Assembly (NCBI GenBank): GCA_038087875.1
Contig: CM075977.1
Location: 330,956,001 to 331,020,000 of the forward strand
Length of the DNA: 64,000 nucleotides
Source: Malacoraja senta
Lineage: Eukaryota
Direction of reading: 5' to 3'
Positions within the stretch are counted from its first letter, which is position 1, and each line of letters starts with the position of its first letter. A program made the translations under genes and the position numbers. The notes beneath the pieces are model-generated. The model made no database searches. It saw only the letters and a list, made by a program, of their open reading frames with translations, and was not told the DNA's origin. Positions 12,743 to 24,701 of this stretch are shown here, in pieces.

Positions 12743-14019
12743 ACCCACATCCACTGAGTCCTCTGCTCCTGCAATTCTTTTTGGACTTTATTCTGTATTG
12801 CCTTTCTTTGATCTTTCTATCAAAATGATTCTACAGTCCTAAATCTTGTGTGCCATGTTTGCCCATTCCAGCACCCTTTTAATATCCTGCTGCTTTCTTC
12901 GTTGCAGTAACAGTACTGCTGTCGAGTTTTAATTTCATCCTCAAATTTAGAAATCAGATTGCTGGTTTGTCTTTGGGAAATCCTATTCACTATTCACTTT
13001 CCACCAATCTGAGAAACAATCATTCACCACGACCATCTGTTACTTCACCAACTTTGTATCCAGACTATCTATGTCCCTTTTATACAATGTGCTTCAGCTT
13101 TGCTGGTAAGCCTGTTATGTGGTACCTTATTGGCATTTAAGAAGCTTTTAATATTATAATAATATTAATGTCATGTACAACCACACTCAAATTAAACACA
13201 TTGGGATTAATCAAATGAGAGTGGAAATAAAAATCTTCACTCTTTCACTCTCCTTAATTGTCTATGATTTCCAAGATGCTTTTGGAATCAAAAAGTACTT
13301 GTTTAATTTCTCTGCCATGCGAAGCACTTTTCCAATGTTTCTGTTGAAAAGAAACATTAGGAAACAGTGGAGTCATATTTAAATAATTCCAAAATATAAC
13401 TTTCATAACAATTAACAAATTAATAATATTAATATAATATACAACCTCATTCAAATGATTCACATTGGGATTAATCATATGAGAGTGGAATCAAAAATCT
13501 TCATTCTTTCACTTGCCTTTGTGGTGAATGGCAGTGAGTGACCCCATTCAAATGAATGGTGCCCTATTAAGATAAAATCAAGAGGCCAGATGCAAACCAA
13601 TCCAGTCCTCACCTGTGCACATTATGGACTACCTTTGAATTCACTTATGTGCCGAGGGTGTGCACAGGAGGAAGGATTCATCTGCACCTGACCTGCCCCT
13701 TGCTTACTTCCACGCTACAATGCATTGGGGCTGAAATCTCATGCTAACACTCATTGCAGAAGGTGTATTTTCTGCCTTGACTTAGCAATCTCAAAGAACT
13801 GCTAGCTAGCCATCAAGAGTCAAGAGTCAAGAATGTTTTATTGTCATATGTCCCAGATAGAACAATATAATTCTTACTTGCAGCAGCACAACAGAATATG
13901 TAAACATAGTACATTGTATTTGCCTGTGAATCTATGATAATGTATCAATCACTAGCAGTGTTAAAGCAGAAAAGGCTTCAATATTCAAGCAAATATCATG
14001 ATGTACATGAATTCAAACG

Positions 14020-14670
14020 AATTGTGCATTTATAGAAAAACTGGCAGTTTATCAAGACCAAATTAGATGCAAAAGGATTGCAATCAATCAGGAAATAAAC
14101 AAAAGTGTACTGGCAACAAGACCTGAAAAGATTTCAGAATGTCGATCATTCTTGGACATGGTACTATAACATGCCAAGTTTTTGTCAGTCCTGTCAGAAA
14201 GACGTAAAATGGAATTGTAACAAAGAATACCCAAAAGGTATTTGAGGAATTTGGAAGTGAATCTTTGACAGTTAACTTTCTTAAAATATGTTCATTTAAA
14301 TTTGCATGAGATGCTTGGGGCTATGGAGTTGGACCTGTTATTTGTCATATGATGGGCACAGTCAAGAATAAAATGATTGAGTATACAATATGCACATGAT
14401 GAAGAATACAAATATTTAGAATCAAATTAAGAAAGAGGCATTGGAAATTGTTTAGCGGAGAAAAAGTCTCATCAATCATTTATCTTTTAAGATCTTTTAT
14501 CTTAGTCACGGAACACAAGTCTGCCAATTCCTGATCTCAAGTCTGCAAAACCCACTTTGGCTGCATTGAGATTCCAAAGGAAGATAATTATTTTATCTCA
14601 ATAAGATTGCACAATTGAGTATGGAAGTTTTAAACAAAATGCAATTGCAGATGCATTATCAGGGTTTCAT
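14020..14670 (+). pseudogene. Ancient Gypsy/Ty3 LTR-retrotransposon pol relic (RT thumb and RNase H)
   Basis: Degenerate RSFLDMVL*HAKFL (~14142), A*DAWGYGVGPVI (~14304; consensus ACDASxYGVGAV), QIKKEALEIVLAEKKSHQ, VTEHK, NAIADALSG. Confidence 0.7.
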
Positions 14671-14832
14671 GAGAGAATGTAGACAGGTTATGAATGCATC
14701 ATCTTCAGATTAAACAGTCAATGTTTAGTTTTAATTTTGTAATGCAGATTGTCATATTATTCCCTTATATATCTATAAAAAAGGACGGTTTGAATTTGGA
14801 ATAAGGACAACAGACCCTACCATTATTACTCT

Positions 14833-15006
14833 GTAAGAACGAACTGCAGATGCTGGCTGACATTGAAGGTAGACACTAAATGGCGGAGTAACTCAGCAGG
14901 ACAGGCAGCATCTCTGGAGAGAAGGAATGGGTGACGTTTCAGGTCGAGACCCTTCTTAGAGACTCAGCTGTCCCGCTGAGTTACTCCAGCATTTTGTGTC
15001 TACCTA
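14833..15006. mobile_element. Penelope-like terminal fragment with inverted arm
   Basis: GGAGTAACTCAGCAGGACAG ... CTGTCCCGCTGAGTTACTCC; flanked by direct repeat CTACCATTATTACT. Confidence 0.7.
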
Positions 15007-15934
15007 CCATTATTACTGTTGTTGATGAAACAGAGTTGTGTTAAATGTGTTGAAACTATACCTTTTTTGAAAGCTTGAAGCTGAACATGTTGGTGGTACA
15101 AACATGAAGGCAATAACAATAAGATATTTCAGCATTTTATTTTATTTCAGATTTCCAGCATTAGCAGACATTTTTCTTTCACGATTCATTTTATTTCTCA
15201 ACTGGTTTACATGAAGATATTGATCATGATCTCTCCAGATTGCAAAATCAAGCCAGTAAAGATACTCTCACAAACTGGAAATGACGAATGGGATATTTCC
15301 AAAAAGTTCATGTTGCTCATTGTGAGAAAGGATTTGATATCCTCTTAACAATTAGCCTCTCAAAATTGATTCATATTGTGTTCAATACTGTGACAGCACA
15401 CCACCAAAGAATTGACTTGTATATCTCAACTGAACTGATTTTGGATTATGATACTTGATTTCACTTATTTTTATCTGACTGCATTCACGTTGTTTATTTC
15501 ACCAAATCATTCCACATCAAAAAATGGCAAGGTGTGGAGATCAATAAATATTGTCAAGTGATTCTCAAATTCTCAACAGTGCTCATACATAATAACAGGA
15601 CAATGATTAGTTACCTATTGCTCAACTAGGGAATAATCCCACGTCATTCCACTTCAGGTTATATTCCTGCAGAGTTTCGATACAATAACGTTTTTGATCA
15701 GCCAGATCATGAGGGGAGTGTTGAAGATCAGTCAAGACAACAAGAAAACTATCATTTAAGTCACGTAGTGAAGCATTTTAACCAATATGTTTGAATTTAT
15801 GTTTTAACACCGACATGGCTAATCTGACTTTTGGAAATGGATGCTAGAGCCATTGTTGATGTATGCAGTATGAAGAGATACCTTGGTAAAAATAAGAAAT
15901 ATATTTAACCTCCGTAAATGATATACAAGAGGAA

Positions 15935-16282
15935 AGTCATAGATACAGCACAGGCACAGGCCCTTTAGCCCACATAATCTGCTCCAACCATCAGTCACCC
16001 GTTTACACTAACTCAACACTAATCCCATTTTTATTCTCCATTCATCAACTACCCCAATATTCTGCCACTCACCTACACTCACGGCGTAGTTTAGAGCAGC
16101 CAATTAATCTACCAACCTACACATCTTTGGGATGTGGAATGAAAATAGAGCACTTGGAGGAAATCCATGCAGTCATAGGGAGAACATGCAAACTCCACAC
16201 GAACACTATATGAGGTCTGATTGAACCCAGTTCTCTAGCATTGTGAGACAGCAGCTCCACTGGCCGCACTGCTGTGCCACGC
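15935..16282 (-). mobile_element. Older V-SINE
   Basis: GGGAGAACATGCAAACTCCAC core; tRNA-like head at 16220-16280. Confidence 0.65.
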
Positions 16283-16456
16283 TTGCTTTTGCAGTTGTCC
16301 ATGTTTCTTTATTATTTATTGTGGCTGTGCAAGTTAAAATTAAGAACCCACTCATAAAATGCAGTTTACAATAGAGGAGAGGAGTAGGCAATAATATTTT
16401 CACAGACACCGCAATCGTGAGTAGGTTTCATGGACAACAACACATTTTGGAGGACA

Positions 16457-16850
16457 AGACACAAAGTGCTAGAGTAACTCAGGGGGTCAGGCAGCATCTC
16501 TGGCGAACATGGATGGGTGACGTTTCGGGTCAGGACTCATATTCAGGCTGATTGTCGGAGGGGCGTTGGAAAGAACACTGGAAGAGAGGAGGGGCAGGAC
16601 AAAGCCTAGCAAGTGATAGGTTGAAACAGGTGAGGAAGGCTTTTTGATAGGCATATAGTTGACAAAAGCCAGAGATGAGAAGACAGAAAGTGTGAAACAA
16701 AAGGATTGAAGAGCTTAATGTGAAGCTAGAGGAAGAAATGTAGGTTGAGGGGAGGGGGGAGGGGGGAAATAGATACAAGTCCAGGCGGAACATGGGGAGA
16801 GTGGAGGGAGAAGAAGGGAAGAGTTATATGGAGGAAGAATGGAGAGGGCT
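16457..16850 (-). mobile_element. Penelope-like element 3' region
   Basis: PLE terminal motif followed by a purine-rich tract (pyrimidine-rich on the coding strand). Confidence 0.65.
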
Positions 16851-17810
16851 GGTTAAAAGTGTCAGTTTTGTGACACATTTTGGAGTCTTTTTGGATCGAT
16901 AGGTTAATGGCTGTTAGATGTCAACCCTATTTAAAGGGGTTCGGGGAGCACAGATAAAGATTTATCAAGGGAAGTAACCAGAGTGAGAGAAAATAAAGCT
17001 TCCCAATGTGATTAAGGAACTGGAGGTGAAGGGTTTGGTTGTGCAGAACTGCAGATCACTGGCTGCAGAGCAGCAATGACAAATGCAGGGCCTAAGATGG
17101 TCTGCCAAAGGTAATTGGGCCAGTTTGAGCCAGCTACTTGTATTGTCATCTGCTGTGCCTGTATCTTTGCTCTTACTTAAGTTGACAGAGAGCTGATCTG
17201 GTCTGTGCTTTGCAGTTTTGAGTCAGGCCGTGAGGTTCAAAACGTGAATGGGCCAAAGAGGAAGCTGTGTGAAGGGTCTGAAACATCCAAACCAATCTTT
17301 ACTCCAAGCAGAGTCTTGGCCGACAACCCAACAGCATGAACACTGAATTCTCCAATTTCAGGTACACACACCCTTTATCTCGTCTTTTGATCTAGCTAGG
17401 TCCTCTCATATACACCTTTCTTTCCAAACCTCCTGCCTTCTAGCGCCAATTCCTCCTCCACCTCTCCCTTCTGCTCATCACCCACCCTATCCCTCCAGGT
17501 CCCCTTCTTTCACCCCTTTGTTCCCACGTGCTTACTATCACTCTCTCTGCTTCCACATTTCACTCTTCATCTTCCATTCCTATCAATTTCCACCATCTGT
17601 AGCCCATTATTTTCACCACTTCTCACCTCCAGCCTTTGGGACAATCTGTACCCTTCTCTCCCCTACTTGACCCATATACCAATCACTCTCCTTACCTGGA
17701 TCCACCTAACACTTGTCATCACATGCCCCGTTCCTTCTTTTTCCTTCTTTCTGCCAGCTCAGCCAGCATTGCACTGGTCTTGACGAAGGGTCGTGACCTG
17801 AAACATCATC

Positions 17811-18312
17811 GCGTTGGAGAGGATCCAGAGGAGGTTACGAGAATAATCCCAGGAATGATTGGGTTAACATATGATGAGCGTTGGAAGACTCTGGGCCTGT
17901 ACTCTCTGGAGTTTAGAAATATGAAGGGGGTCCTCATTGAAACTTACCGAATAGTGAAAGGCCTAGATAGAATGAATGTGGAGAGGATGTTTCCTCTAGT
18001 GGAAGAGTCTAGGACCAGAGGGCACAGCCTCAGAATAAAAGGACGTACCTTCAGGAAGGAGATGAGGAGGAATATCTTTAGCCAGAAGGTGGTGAATCTG
18101 TGGAATTTATTGCCACAGGTGGCTGTGGAGCCCAAGTCATTGGGTATTTTTAAAGCAGAGATCAACACTTTCTTGATTAGTAAGGGTGTCAAAGGTTACA
18201 GGGAGAAGGCAGGAGAATGGGGGTGAGAGGGAAAGATAAATCAGCCATGATTTGGTCAGTGTAGACTCAATGGGCCTAATGTCCTAATTCTGCTCCAAGA
18301 ACATATGAACTT
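17811..18312 (+). mobile_element. CR1 3' fragment
   Basis: GLYSLEFRNMKGVLIETYRIVKG...SRTRGHSLRI; ATCATC duplicated at both ends. Confidence 0.85.
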
Positions 18313-18369
18313 ATCATCTGTCCATTTACCAACTACAGATGCTATCTGACCCGTTGAGTTCCTCCAGCA

Positions 18370-18830
18370 ACTAAAATAGAAGATAGTAAAATTTAAAAAA
18401 ATTTAGATAACTGTAATCTTCCAAAACTTGATCTTTTGGAACAAGAGGAACTTGGAGCTCAAATTACAATTGAAGAAATAGGTGAACAATAAAATCGCTG
18501 AAAAATGGTAAAACACCGGGACCACATGGTTTTAGTAATGAATTTAATAAAAAATTTCATGAGATAACGACTCCTTATTTATTTAATTTATATACTCATG
18601 CTTTTAAAGAAAATAAACTACCTGAAACATTAGCAGAATCAACTATTACGCTTATTCCAAAAAAAGATAAAGATTTAGACGATCCGGGCTCATATAGAGC
18701 TATATCACTTTTAAATACAGACCAGAAAATTTTAACAAAGACTTTAGCCAGAAGATTAAGCAAATATATTAGTAAACTGATAAATCCTGATCAAACGGGG
18801 TTTATACCTAAAAAATACTCATTTAATAAT
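18370..18830 (+). mobile_element. Internal L1 ORF2 fragment without poly(A), flanked by a 16-bp TSD
   Basis: KSLKNGKTPGPHGF...ITLIPKKDKDLDDPGSYRAISLLNTDQKIL...DQTGFIP; TTGAGTTCCTCCAGCA (18354) / TTGAGTTCTTCCAGCA (18831). Confidence 0.85.
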
Positions 18831-19742
18831 TTGAGTTCTTCCAGCAGTTTGTTTTTTGCTCAAATAATCTTCTATCAAGCTTATTACACTCCTTTGTTAA
18901 AAATGCGCTATGATATTTAGACCATTACATTTGTGGCAAGGCACACAAGAAAAGTCTTCATTCAAGAAACAGGAGGACGTTTTGAGTAGGAAGGAGAAAT
19001 GGAAAAGTGTCTTTGCCAAAAAATTCTTTCAGAAAAACAGGGTATCACTCTAATGTAGTACCCTCAAGCAGCTGAGCTGTCAGATGTTATACTTTTGCAT
19101 TGACAGGAATGCTATAAATTTAGCCTTTGGGACATTGTCTTACAAGTAGGAAATGAGTTGGCAATATTTTTAGACCATATCTTACTAACGGACTGGTGTC
19201 GCTGAGGCAATCACTGGAGGGAAATTCATCAGCTCCATTGAGAAACTTTGAATCGTGCCTGGAGGGATGGACACTACATCCAAAACCTAATTAGTGTTTA
19301 AGTGGAAACATTAAGCCTCTGCCAGCACTGTTGAACAAAGTTGATGAAATGTTGACTGCTTCTGTAGACATTTAATTTCTCAATGGGAGATTTTTTGACA
19401 AGCAAATGAACATGCTATCAAAGGAGACACAAAATCTGCTTAACATAAAAAAAGAAATGTAACTGGCATTTCCTTTGAAGACCTAACCAATGAAAGATAG
19501 ATCTCTAAATTCTACATGTCACTTAAATAAGATTTCAAATCACTGCTATCTTGAAAGGTCATAAAAGTTAATTTTCTTTTACAAATTCTACAATGACACT
19601 GGTGCTCAGGCTTTGAGTGTGCCTGAAATTGTGATAATTTTCAGGAATTACTCAACTTTTCCTCAGGTTTCTGGTTATTTGCATGTCAGCATACATCAAA
19701 TCTGCCATGCACTACCACCATTATCCCAACAGTGATCACTCT

Positions 19743-22700
19743 AAATAGTAAGAATAAACAAGAACTTACCAGTTTGATGTTTGATCTTTATTTTATGAGG
19801 AGTTACGATGAGGGATTACGTGAAGAAGACCCGGTTGTCCGCATGCGCGTCAATCTTCAAAGCAGCGGTGTGAAATCAAAGATAAAAGTAATTGATGTAA
19901 CATAGTAAGATTAGAGAAGACTAGATGACCTTTATGAGGGTTGGGAGCAGAGGGCACGTAATCCCTCATCGTAACTCCTTATAAAATAAAGATCAAACTT
20001 CAAACTGGTAAGTTCTCGTTTAATCTTACTATTTTACTTCGGAGTCACGTGAGTAACTACGTGAAGATTTCAAAGCTCTGTGATTTCATGCCGTGAGAAA
20101 CGAGTCTACACAACCACAACTGCTTCATTGACAGATGAGGGAAACATTCATAATGCATACAGACATGACATAGATTTAAAACATGCTGATGCTGTCAAAT
20201 GAAGTAAAAATAATAGTAACACTTCTCATCCAGATGGAAACTATAAATAGAACGTAAAATAGAGTTGACAAATACCCCTGGTCTGGCAATGGGTTATTAT
20301 AAAATGTTTGGAAATTCATTCGTTTGACCATGCTGCATCCATTAGGATGTGGTCCAGCGGAATGTAAATAACCCTTGCTGCTAATGTTGTAGCAGCCCAG
20401 GTGGAATGAGATCTGGAAATCAGTATCTACTCCTGCATAAATCGAACTCCGTATATTACCTGGAAATGGTCTGAACGGATACGTTCGTATAAAGTTTTTT
20501 GTAACTAACAAGCATTGCTAGTTCAGAGCCTCGAAGGCTCTTGGTGACCTTGACATATTGTTGTATATGTGTGCCCTCACGTAACCAAAGTTCCCTGGGT
20601 ATGCCTTGAACTATTTTGAGACCTGACACCCCTTCTGCTCTGCTTACTTAAATTATAAACATAAAATATTATATATATTATTTACAGATGTAATCATCCT
20701 GTCCCGTCGCAATTATGTAGCGACTGAACCTGTTGCGCTAAAACCAGCGCCAGGAGGATAACTACCTTATGAGAGCCGGCCAAAGCTAAGGACGTAGCTG
20801 GAGCCCCCTGGTGAAATAGTGTTAACACAATGTCAATATCCCATACTGCATTGTACTTGTCCTGGGAGAACTTGTTTTAAAGCTATCCTTTACAAACTCA
20901 ATATCCGGGGGTGAACCCGACAGAGTGGGTCCCGTTTGCTGCAGCAAATATGATGGGAAGGCACGTTGGCACAGTTAATGGCCCTATAACTCAATTATTG
21001 TCAAAAGACCATTAAAAATGGAACCCCAAAACGTCAGTAATCTGTACCGTATTAAATGTAACATTAGCATTAAACAAAACGCTTCCCATCTCCTGAAGAA
21101 GAAATATACTGCTTTTTTGGTGCTATCCCAGCACTCTGGAGTGAACACATACAAGGATAGGTTTGACAACCAAAGCTGTAGAGACAGTCTATTCAGAATC
21201 TGCAGAACATAAATTGATTTTATCATGCAAAGGCTGATTTCCCGAGTCACAGGCTGAACCAACAAAGTTTACGTTTAGAATAACCGTATAAGGTTGTATA
21301 TTATTCCCGACAAAATCGGGAATCAAAGCTGCATAGGCCAATCAGACAGTAGGAAAACCTAAAGCGGGATCTTGATGACTTTATTTGAAGACCCGACTGA
21401 TGAGGCAAAATGGAGGAAGACATAAAAGACCATTCCTCCTCCTTGTAGCGAGAATGTATCTTTCGCCACTGTTATGCCACATATTTTTGCAACCTGTGAA
21501 TAAGCATGAAAAGCAACATATTGATATTCGGTGTTCCATTGAACCAGAATTTCATAAATACTGTGTGATCCAACAATCATTCTGTGTTGTCATTGATCTG
21601 TACTTGATGATGCACCAGTGGCAAGTGAGATTAGGTAAACTATTACAGGATACTTTTACTTGATTGCACCCTTGTGACTAACATATGCCACCATCATAGT
21701 GTATCAACCTGAAGTTGAGCATGCAGAATATGCATATTCGCTCAGTCACTCTTTAACCCATAGAATGCACGTAGGGTCTATAAATAGTTGATACCAATAA
21801 TTGAAGAATTGGTAACTCATGCAAATCTCCTCCACCACCACCAAACTAGAGATGACATTCACAATTTCCCATGTTAGGGCCCTTAGCATCAGTTTGCAAT
21901 ATAACTGAAATTTTACTGACCAAGCTATTGGAGCAATGCTGAATACTGTTTGTCCATCATTGTGACCCTAGTAGCCTAAGCTGGTAATAGCATAGGTGTG
22001 TTAACAACCTACATGGCACTTTAGAGTTTGCCATTTAACATGATGTCAGCTCTCCCACTAGCACAGCTGAATCACAGCTATTATATTGCCAATTAGTCTT
22101 AATGAATAGAAGGCTGCTTTATAACAACAAGGCTGTTACAGGTTTCTATTAACTCCAATCTGTTGCCCAGAGCGGAGTCATAGGCCAATAAATAGCTAAA
22201 GGTAAATCCCAATGACCAACAAGTCTATTTGGTAAAACTTAATTTTTTACTGGATAGAGGAGCCCAATTTCTCAAATATAGTTTGAGACTGAAACAGTGG
22301 ATTTTAGCAAAATACAGCGTTAAAATATCACCCAGTCAAGACATAACAAGTGTTTTTGAACTCTGAGTAGTCAGCTTTGAATGCTTTATTGTCATCATAC
22401 TGTTATTATTGCCTCATCATAGCAATTGCCTCCTCCAAATCTCTCAGATGATCCCAGTAAATGGGAACACCCTATGACATTAGTTGTTAATCAGCCATCT
22501 TTCATAATGAACAGGCCACGCCTGCCATCATTTCGTGCCTGCCTTGAACGACAACTCTGGTCCGATTTCCGAGTCTGTCTTGCAAGACAATCCTGGCCAT
22601 AATACTGAGCCTATCTGATAATTCTGACCTGTCTTAAAAGACAACTCTGGCCATAATTCTGAGCCTGTCTCGAAAGACAATTCTGGCCACAATTCTGAGC

Positions 22701-23226
22701 CTGCCTCGAAAGGCAATGATGTCTGATCACAGAGCACAGAGCAACCAACTTTACTAGCATCATACCAAACCACTAAACATTCATTCGCCAAGGCAAATTC
22801 CTTGTATGTGAATACTTGGCCAAAAAACTTATTCATTCATTCATTCACTTCACCAGCATTGCACAGACATCATAGTTCCCCGGGAACCACAGCGTCTGGA
22901 AGTCACTGACCATCTTATCAGTGACTGCGATCGCAAACCCGACATTCGCCAGCTTCCGCGGTCGGACCCTGGTTTCCCCACAGCCCATAGCTGGTTTCCC
23001 TCGTCGGCCTTCGCGAAGTATCGGACAGGAAACCTCTGTAACAAGAGGTTCCTGCAAGAAATCAAAAACAGGTAAGAAATACAAACTTACCTGAAGTTTA
23101 AACTTACCGCTGACAGGAGCGACGCGCCTGCCAGTCCGGTGCTTCGCCATGCGAGCCTCGTAATGACGCGCATGCGGACGACCGGGGTCTTCACGTAGTC
23201 ACTCACGTCACTCCGAAGTAAAATAG
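19743..23226 (-). mobile_element. DIRS1-like tyrosine-recombinase retrotransposon (decayed coding region, intact terminal architecture)
   Basis: ITRs ~19817-19853 and ~23163-23197; ICR 19955-20067 complementary to both termini; minus-strand relics of YR (AGVDT..., FQTFYNNP, WDSTKK..Y...WEAF) and the DIRS methyltransferase-like domain (DTFSLQGGGMVFYVF). Confidence 0.88.
22538..22715. repeat. 36-bp tandem repeat within the DIRS gag-like region
   Basis: GACAACTCTGGCCATAATTCTGAGCCTGTCTCGAAA, ~4-5 units; minus-strand in-frame peptide ETGSELWPELSF. Confidence 0.8.
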
Positions 23227-23359
23227 AGAAAGCACTATCTCATTCATGGAGTTAAAGTGATACAAGCTTATCCATTATCTATGGTAAACTGCTGCTCACT
23301 CTAATTAAATACCATTTTCTTCTGCAAGAGAAGACAGTTAGTGATTGCTGCTGTCCGTA

Positions 23360-23490
23360 AGATCAGAAGACCAGAAGACATAGGAGTAGAATTAGGTCAT
23401 TCGTCCCATCAAGTCTACTCCACCATTCAATCATGGCTGATCTATTTTGCCCCCTCAACCCCATTCTCCTGCCTTCTCCCTGTAACCTTG
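23360..23490 (-). mobile_element. CR1 3'UTR fragment
   Basis: CCATTCAATCATGGCTGATCTAT...CCATTCTCCTGCCTTCTCCC. Confidence 0.7.
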
Positions 23491-23582
23491 CACACCTGAC
23501 TTTGTTTGGCTGCTGTCACTGGTGTATTGGTGACAGTCAATGCCAGCTGTGTGACATGAGTGTGAGACTTGCATCATTTGTA

Positions 23583-23907
23583 AGTTTAGCTTTGTTTAGT
23601 TTAGTTTAGAGATACAGCACGGTAACAGGCCCTTTGATTCACCGAGTCTGTGCCGATCAGCGATCCCCGTACACTAGCCCTATCCGCCACACTAGGGACA
23701 ATTTACAATTTTTTTGAAACCAAAGCCAATTAACCTACAAACCTGCACATTTCTCTTTGGAGTGTGGGAGGAAACCGGAGCACCCGGGGAAAACCCACGC
23801 AGTCACAGAGTACAAACTCCGTACAGAACGCACCCGAAGTCAGGATCAAACCCAGGTCTCTGGCGCCGTAAGGCTACAACTCTACCGCTACGCCACCATG
23901 CTGCCCC
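23583..23907 (-). mobile_element. HE1-like V-SINE, full length
   Basis: A/B boxes, V core, (CTAAA)n tail. Confidence 0.85.
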
Positions 23908-24701
23908 CATTAGTGTGTGTGTGAGTATGGTGGAGAATATGTGTGCTAGGTATGAGACCAGATTGGTAGAGATGGATGATGAATGAGGGATGAGGCTGTG
24001 TTGCATTGAACAAATGTCGAAGGCTGGTGGGCGCAGACGGCGGGATATGGAATTTGAAATTACAGTCACTGAACTTGACCACTTGTGTCAGGTCATTGAA
24101 GTTTTGTGGTCCTACCCCATCGCAAGGAGTATGATTTCTGGTGTTGTCCATTTCCTCCCACTGCCTTAGATCTATGTGCTATGGAGCTTCCTGATCCCCT
24201 GTGGACATTAGATTTCTCTCTTACTTTAGATTTTGTTCAGCTTGTCTCTAATGCATTGTCTGAAATCCATGGATCTCTCTCTCTCCCTCTCTGTCCCACT
24301 GAAAGGGGATGACAAATTTGGTATACTGTTTCCATAGAAATTGTAGCCCATGAATTAGTCATGGAATCATGCTCCCGTTTTCTGTTTTGGGCTGTAATAG
24401 CAGTACCCAATTTATCCTTATACAGTAAGTAACAGTGAGTTATGGACCTATAAGTTGTATAAGACTCACACCCATTCTGGTCCTCACCCTTTGACAGTTT
24501 TTCTGTGAATGGCCTGACAATGACAAGGACTGCTAAACTAAACCAGTAAACATACTTATCAGGTGAGAGTCAGGGAGGGGGAAACTAGAAGTATGGGAAG
24601 GTCCAGAACAAAGCAGAGCCTGCATTAAATTGATAAACCAGTGTCTGCAGTTCGTACTTACACAACTGACATCATTCAGTTTCCACAAGCCAAGACAAAA
24701 T

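Larger units (their letters stand above)
17322..18862 (+). mobile_element. Neptune-type Penelope 3' end interrupted by CR1 and L1 fragments
   Basis: QPNSMNTEFSNFR* (GIY-YIG C-terminus) at ~17325-17364; pyrimidine-rich UTR; TGACGAAGGGTCGTGACCTGAAAC; terminal motif resumes at 18313 and 18831. Confidence 0.7.
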
